The notes under the pieces are model-generated. The model had not been told where the DNA came from and searched no databases. It was given only the letters and a program-made list of their open reading frames with translations. A program made the translations under genes and the position numbers. DNA of 64,000 bases. Origin: Promethearchaeia archaeon (GTDB taxonomy: Archaea; Asgardarchaeota; Lokiarchaeia; Sigyniarchaeales; SOKP01). This document shows positions 60,262 through 64,000 of this stretch, piece by piece (the first letter of the stretch is position 1; the number at the start of each line of letters is the position of its first letter). The DNA lies in assembly GCA_029856145.1 (NCBI GenBank), contig JAHQWK010000016.1, positions 91,264 to 155,263 of the forward strand, read 5' to 3'.

Positions 60262-61689
60262 TTATACCTCTACATTTTTAAAAATTCTACTTGTCTCAAA
60301 GAAATAATACTTATCTTCAAATTTTTTTAAAACATTAGGTTCATTGATTATAAACTCAATTAATCTTGATATACATTTATTAAGAATTGATTTTAATTTA
60401 TTTATTACATCTTTAGGAGCTTTAAAATTATATTTTTTCATAATTTTACTTCCCTTTCTATTCCAATCTCCTCCATGGACAATTGAGCTTCTCAATTCAT
60501 ATAGATCTCTCATAAAGTCATTTACTTGTTTGAATTCTATCCAATTTGAGGATATGAATAGAGCTGTATTTAAACTTAAGCGATAAGTTAATTCAGCTCT
60601 CATATCTCTAGTAAATAACCATTCGAATATGATAAAAGCATCTAGGATTAAATCAGGATAAAAATCTCTGTTGAAAATTTGATGGTACCTGTTACTTATC
60701 ATTTTGTAATCATTGGAAAAAAAAATCTTACTTTTAATAACATTTTGATATAATTTTAAAAACTCCTCTTTTTCATCCTCTTCTAAACCTCTTGACGAAA
60801 ATAACGCTTCTTCAATATTTCTAAATTTATCAGGGGAAGGAATAAACCACCAAGGGAGTTCAATGAAATAACTTTTATATTTAAAATCTACACCAAAAAG
60901 ATAAAAAGAGTTGACGATTTGAATTAAATTTAATACTTTTACATTGAATTTCTTCCTTATCCTTAAAACATCTTCTTCTTTATATTTATCATAATATATA
61001 TAAGGTAGGCTAGTGTTGTAAAACAGACAAGGACTAATCAAATCAAGATAATCATCATTATCAAAAGGAAAATCTTCATCTATAAAATTCCAGAAATGAT
61101 ATGATGACTCTAGTTCTTCCTCACTCATTTTTTCTATTCTGAAATGACCGATGATAGGCTTAATTTGAATCTTTTCACTGATGATAAATGTTGAAGATAC
61201 GGGTATTGGAATAATGAAAGTTACGGGGATCTTCAGGGTTGTGAAAGAATTCCTCCATTGATCATATAATTCCCCAAAAATAATAGAAATATTGCTTGAT
61301 GATGAGAGATATTTAATAAAGATTCTATAATAAAGAAGATAAAAAAGAACAATTGGTTTATTAAATGATTCAGGAGATCTAGAATAATAATAAATAACTT
61401 GATTATTTAAATTGATATTTTCTCTTGTTATAAAAGTCTCATTAAAGAGATCTAATCTTTTTCCTAAAAATTCAAAATTCCTTTCTTTAAAAGGAGATTG
61501 TTCATAATTAAAACTGTATTTATTTAATAATTCTACAAAATAACTGAATCTAATGGTTAATACATTTACCCCTTTATTAAATTCAGAAATAATAAAATTT
61601 ATTTTAGGTTCTTTTTCTGATATGGAATTAAGGAGATTGTTAATATCATCCTTGATAATTTGAATCAATTCTGAATTTAAGTTTTTCAT
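60262..61689 (-). CDS. ApeA-like HEPN domain protein
   Basis: C-terminal LDAFIIFEWLF...ELTYRLSLNTA...LYELRSSIVHGG (RxxxxH at 60475-60492). Confidence 0.75.
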   Translation of the reverse strand: MKNLNSELIQIIKDDINNLLNSISEKEPKINFIISEFNKGVNVLTIRFSYFVELLNKYSFNYEQSPFKERNFEFLGKRLDLFNETFITRENINLNNQVIYYYSRSPESFNKPIVLFYLLYYRIFIKYLSSSSNISIIFGELYDQWRNSFTTLKIPVTFIIPIPVSSTFIISEKIQIKPIIGHFRIEKMSEEELESSYHFWNFIDEDFPFDNDDYLDLISPCLFYNTSLPYIYYDKYKEEDVLRIRKKFNVKVLNLIQIVNSFYLFGVDFKYKSYFIELPWWFIPSPDKFRNIEEALFSSRGLEEDEKEEFLKLYQNVIKSKIFFSNDYKMISNRYHQIFNRDFYPDLILDAFIIFEWLFTRDMRAELTYRLSLNTALFISSNWIEFKQVNDFMRDLYELRSSIVHGGDWNRKGSKIMKKYNFKAPKDVINKLKSILNKCISRLIEFIINEPNVLKKFEDKYYFFETSRIFKNVEV

Positions 61690-61838
61690 AATTATAAAAA
61701 ATAATTTAAATTCTTTAAATATTAAAACATATTATGCATCTTATCTTTTTTAACCTCTTAAAATTAAGATAAAAAGAGTTCTCTTTTATAATTTTTTCTC
61801 CTTAATCCTGATAATAAAGATTTAACTTCTAATGGGAC

Positions 61839-62087
61839 TTATTTTATATGCCTTATTAAAAACTCTTTAATTATCTCAATCAGCTTATCTCTCGATTCAG
61901 GTTGAGACCACTCTTCTAACTTGAAGAGTCCTTCTTTTTCTGCTGTAATGTGGAGCCATAAATGTGCAAAAACAACAAAAGTCCTCCTCCTAAGCTCCCT
62001 AAAATCACGTGTCTCACTAATTTTATTTAGAGTTTGTTGAATTAACTCCTTTCTGGCTTGTTTTACAGCGTCACTTTTTTGATACAT
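61839..62087 (-). CDS. Small helical hypothetical protein
   Basis: 82-aa ORF with ATG and protein-like composition, co-oriented with the island. Confidence 0.5.
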   Translation of the reverse strand: MYQKSDAVKQARKELIQQTLNKISETRDFRELRRRTFVVFAHLWLHITAEKEGLFKLEEWSQPESRDKLIEIIKEFLIRHIK

Positions 62088-62191
62088 CCTGCTTATAAAA
62101 TGGATTTGGCATTATATAAGATGTATGAGAGTTGTGGTTAAATAAAATTATAGACAATACATATATCATTAATGATTTAAAGAAAGGGTGG

Positions 62192-62237
62192 TCCCTACTT
62201 TACGAGACGCAAGTACGCGTCGCACACAAAATAGGGG
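62192..62237. other. GC-rich imperfect inverted repeat / hairpin
   Basis: TCCCTACTTT...GACGC-AAGTAC-GCGTC...AAAATAGGGG within an otherwise AT-rich intergenic region. Confidence 0.55.
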
Positions 62238-62547
62238 GATGAGAGTGAAATTAATTAATAGATTTTTTTTTAAAAAATTACACATTTTAATATTTTTTAG
62301 TAAATTTCATTAAGAGTTTTGAGGATTCAAGTGAATTTGAGATCTTAAAAAAACACAGTGATAAATATAAAGAAAGATACTGCTGAAAAGTTAAAGGATC
62401 TAAAAATTACTAACTATTTTCACTAATAAATTTTAAGATATTTTGTCAATTTTGTCAGTTCAAGATTGCCAAACTACAAAACATAAATTTAACTTAGCAC
62501 TCTTCTCTATTTCTTCCCTGATTAGCCTATAAGAATGCTAATACTTT

Positions 62548-62760
62548 CTATCTAGCACTCAATAAATTTACTGGTTCTTGTTTCATCTTCTTGATTTTTG
62601 GTTTTTCAAAATATGTTCTTACGGGGTTCAAGATATCAATGATTCTGTTGGATACGCTATTTTTTAAGTCAAGTGGATGAATTTTTTTGTTTCGATAACA
62701 TAATTTTCCCCTTTTAATAACCATTGGTTTATCAAAATTAGTAGGAAATGGAGAAAAGAC
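62548..62760 (-). pseudogene. Fragment of archaeal/eukaryotic-type tyrosyl-tRNA synthetase C-terminus
   Basis: Translates to ...PMVIKRGKLCYRNKKIHPLDLKNSVSNRIIDILNPVRTYFEKPKIKKM...; HPxDLKNxV...ILxPxR is the TyrRS C-terminal signature. Confidence 0.7.
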
Positions 62761-62828
62761 TTATTATTCTCGTTATTCTATAATTTAAAGATTAAGAAGA
62801 GATATTAAAAACTTAATTAAAAATGAAT

Positions 62829-63203
62829 TTAAGAAGATTCTATCCTCTTTATTCTGTTTTCTTTAATCTGCTTTTCAAACTCTTCTATAGTAAGTAATAC
62901 CAAATCAACAGGTAATTCACCCTTTTTAACCTTAATCACATTTCTATCAGAGCCAAGGTTAGTTTTGACATTCAACACGCTTTCTAATTTTTTAGATAAT
63001 TCAGGATAAATTTCTTCCTTTTTAGGATTATTTGATACTGCAAAAACAATATCTAGATCACTTAAATCTTCATGAGTTCCTTCTTTCCGAGAACCCTGCC
63101 GCGCTACGCCGTGAATCTTTAAATTTGTATTTTTATGTAAAAATTCATCAATCTTTTTAGCAAATGAAGATGCTTGTTGTTCTAACTCTCTTCGTTTTGA
63201 CAT
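62829..63203 (-). CDS. Minimal nucleotidyltransferase (Pol-beta superfamily, MNT/OAS-like)
   Basis: QGSRKEGTHEDLSDLDIVF and a third acidic residue in VDLV. Confidence 0.82.
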   Translation of the reverse strand: MSKRRELEQQASSFAKKIDEFLHKNTNLKIHGVARQGSRKEGTHEDLSDLDIVFAVSNNPKKEEIYPELSKKLESVLNVKTNLGSDRNVIKVKKGELPVDLVLLTIEEFEKQIKENRIKRIESS

Positions 63204-63241
63204 AAATGAATATATTTTACTTATCTATAAAAAATTTGTTA

Positions 63242-64000
63242 TTAATGTAGATTCACAAAAATATGATAAATCATACACTTGGCCCCTTCTCGGTTATGTT
63301 TTGTTAGTGTTATCTTTATCTCAGCAGGACACGACCTTTCTTTTGATAAATCGGTAATTCTTGAATCTATGAGAGGGTATTTCCAATTGAATTCATGCAA
63401 AAATTCTAGATATTTTTGCCATAAAGAAGAAAAATCAGTCGCTTTTGCATATATAATAACCAGATTAAGTGGTAAACCATTTATATCATAATCAAATATT
63501 TTATTTAGATGTTTTGAAATATTTGCTGTATCTAAATAAGTCAATATAAAAGCTTCGCAAATATGTTTTAATTCATTATTTTCATCAACGATTCTAATGT
63601 CTAGCTCACCCATTCCTCCATGAATAACTTGATCATCATATCCCATTGAAGTTTTCCCAGAAAGTTCTTGAGTGTGAGCAAAGTATCCATATGGTTTTAA
63701 AGTTCTCCTTAAAAATTCCACAAAAACAAGAGATAATTTATCTTCATCAGGTTTAACAGCTCTATTCTTTTCTTGTAATGACTTTAAATCTCGTATGATA
63801 AAATTAATAAACTCCTCTCCTCTTCCTTTTATAAGCAGAAATAGCATATCTAACACTATTTCTATGGAATTTTGTATATCTGAATTTTGGGTTAGACAGA
63901 ATGTATTAATTTTTGTAATTATCTGCTCAGAAAACTGATCAGGGTATAATTTTAGGACACCTTCATTGAGTCTGTTAATACAAGAAGAACTAGCAGGAGT
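63242..64000 (-). CDS. C-terminal part of a larger protein ending in a PD-(D/E)xK nuclease-like domain (5' end outside the window)
   Basis: Frame is open from base 64000; ED...Q..SG....GELDIRI...ICEA...HLNKIFDYDING motif. Confidence 0.65.
   Translation of the reverse strand, partial: TPASSSCINRLNEGVLKLYPDQFSEQIITKINTFCLTQNSDIQNSIEIVLDMLFLLIKGRGEEFINFIIRDLKSLQEKNRAVKPDEDKLSLVFVEFLRRTLKPYGYFAHTQELSGKTSMGYDDQVIHGGMGELDIRIVDENNELKHICEAFILTYLDTANISKHLNKIFDYDINGLPLNLVIIYAKATDFSSLWQKYLEFLHEFNWKYPLIDSRITDLSKERSCPAEIKITLTKHNREGAKCMIYHIFVNLH

Noticed and set aside
62185-62245. SECIS element (Lokiarchaeia are known to have eukaryote-like SECIS)
   Set aside because: No AUGA/GA quartet geometry on either strand, and no upstream gene with an evident in-frame UGA
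1068-63491. Short antisense or overlapping ORFs in the track (for example 2504-2818, 11466-11831, 16261-16668, 42023-42361, 53297-53545, 60344-60586)
   Set aside because: They lie opposite well-supported genes and have no recognisable motifs, so they are treated as shadow ORFs
52400-64000. CRISPR array or additional cas genes near cas10
   Set aside because: No regularly spaced direct repeats were seen in any spacer, and no neighbouring ORF has RAMP/Csm/Cas6 glycine-rich motifs

Overview
Very AT-rich archaeal chromosome segment, most likely from an Asgard archaeon of the Lokiarchaeia type. This is an inference from archaeal information-processing genes (Cgi121, Sua5, FEN1, Nob1, aIF5A, SRP54, CDC48, Hef, Rpo6) occurring together with eukaryotic-signature-type proteins (Roadblock/LC7, Rab-like GTPase, SDS22-like LRR protein). 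Bases 1 to about 52,400 are mostly housekeeping: t6A tRNA modification, a four-subunit 2-oxoacid:ferredoxin oxidoreductase operon, PPi-type PFK, purine/pyrimidine/NAD genes, DNA repair, TldD/PmbA, and a tRNA-Val(CAC) with a non-canonical intron. From about 52,400 to the window end every gene is on the minus strand, and the region looks like a mosaic defence/accessory island. It holds an RNase HIII fused to a PD-(D/E)xK nuclease, a Whirly-like protein, an OB-fold protein with a PCNA-binding motif, and a DinG/XPD-like helicase fused to a HEPN domain. It also holds a stand-alone Cas10 reduced to its Palm/Zn-finger core (GGDD intact, no other cas genes or array), an ApeA-like HEPN protein, a minimal nucleotidyltransferase and a PD-(D/E)xK nuclease running off the window. 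Short remnants of unrelated genes, including a tyrosyl-tRNA synthetase C-terminus, lie between these genes. All family assignments come from motif recognition by eye; no database searches were run.
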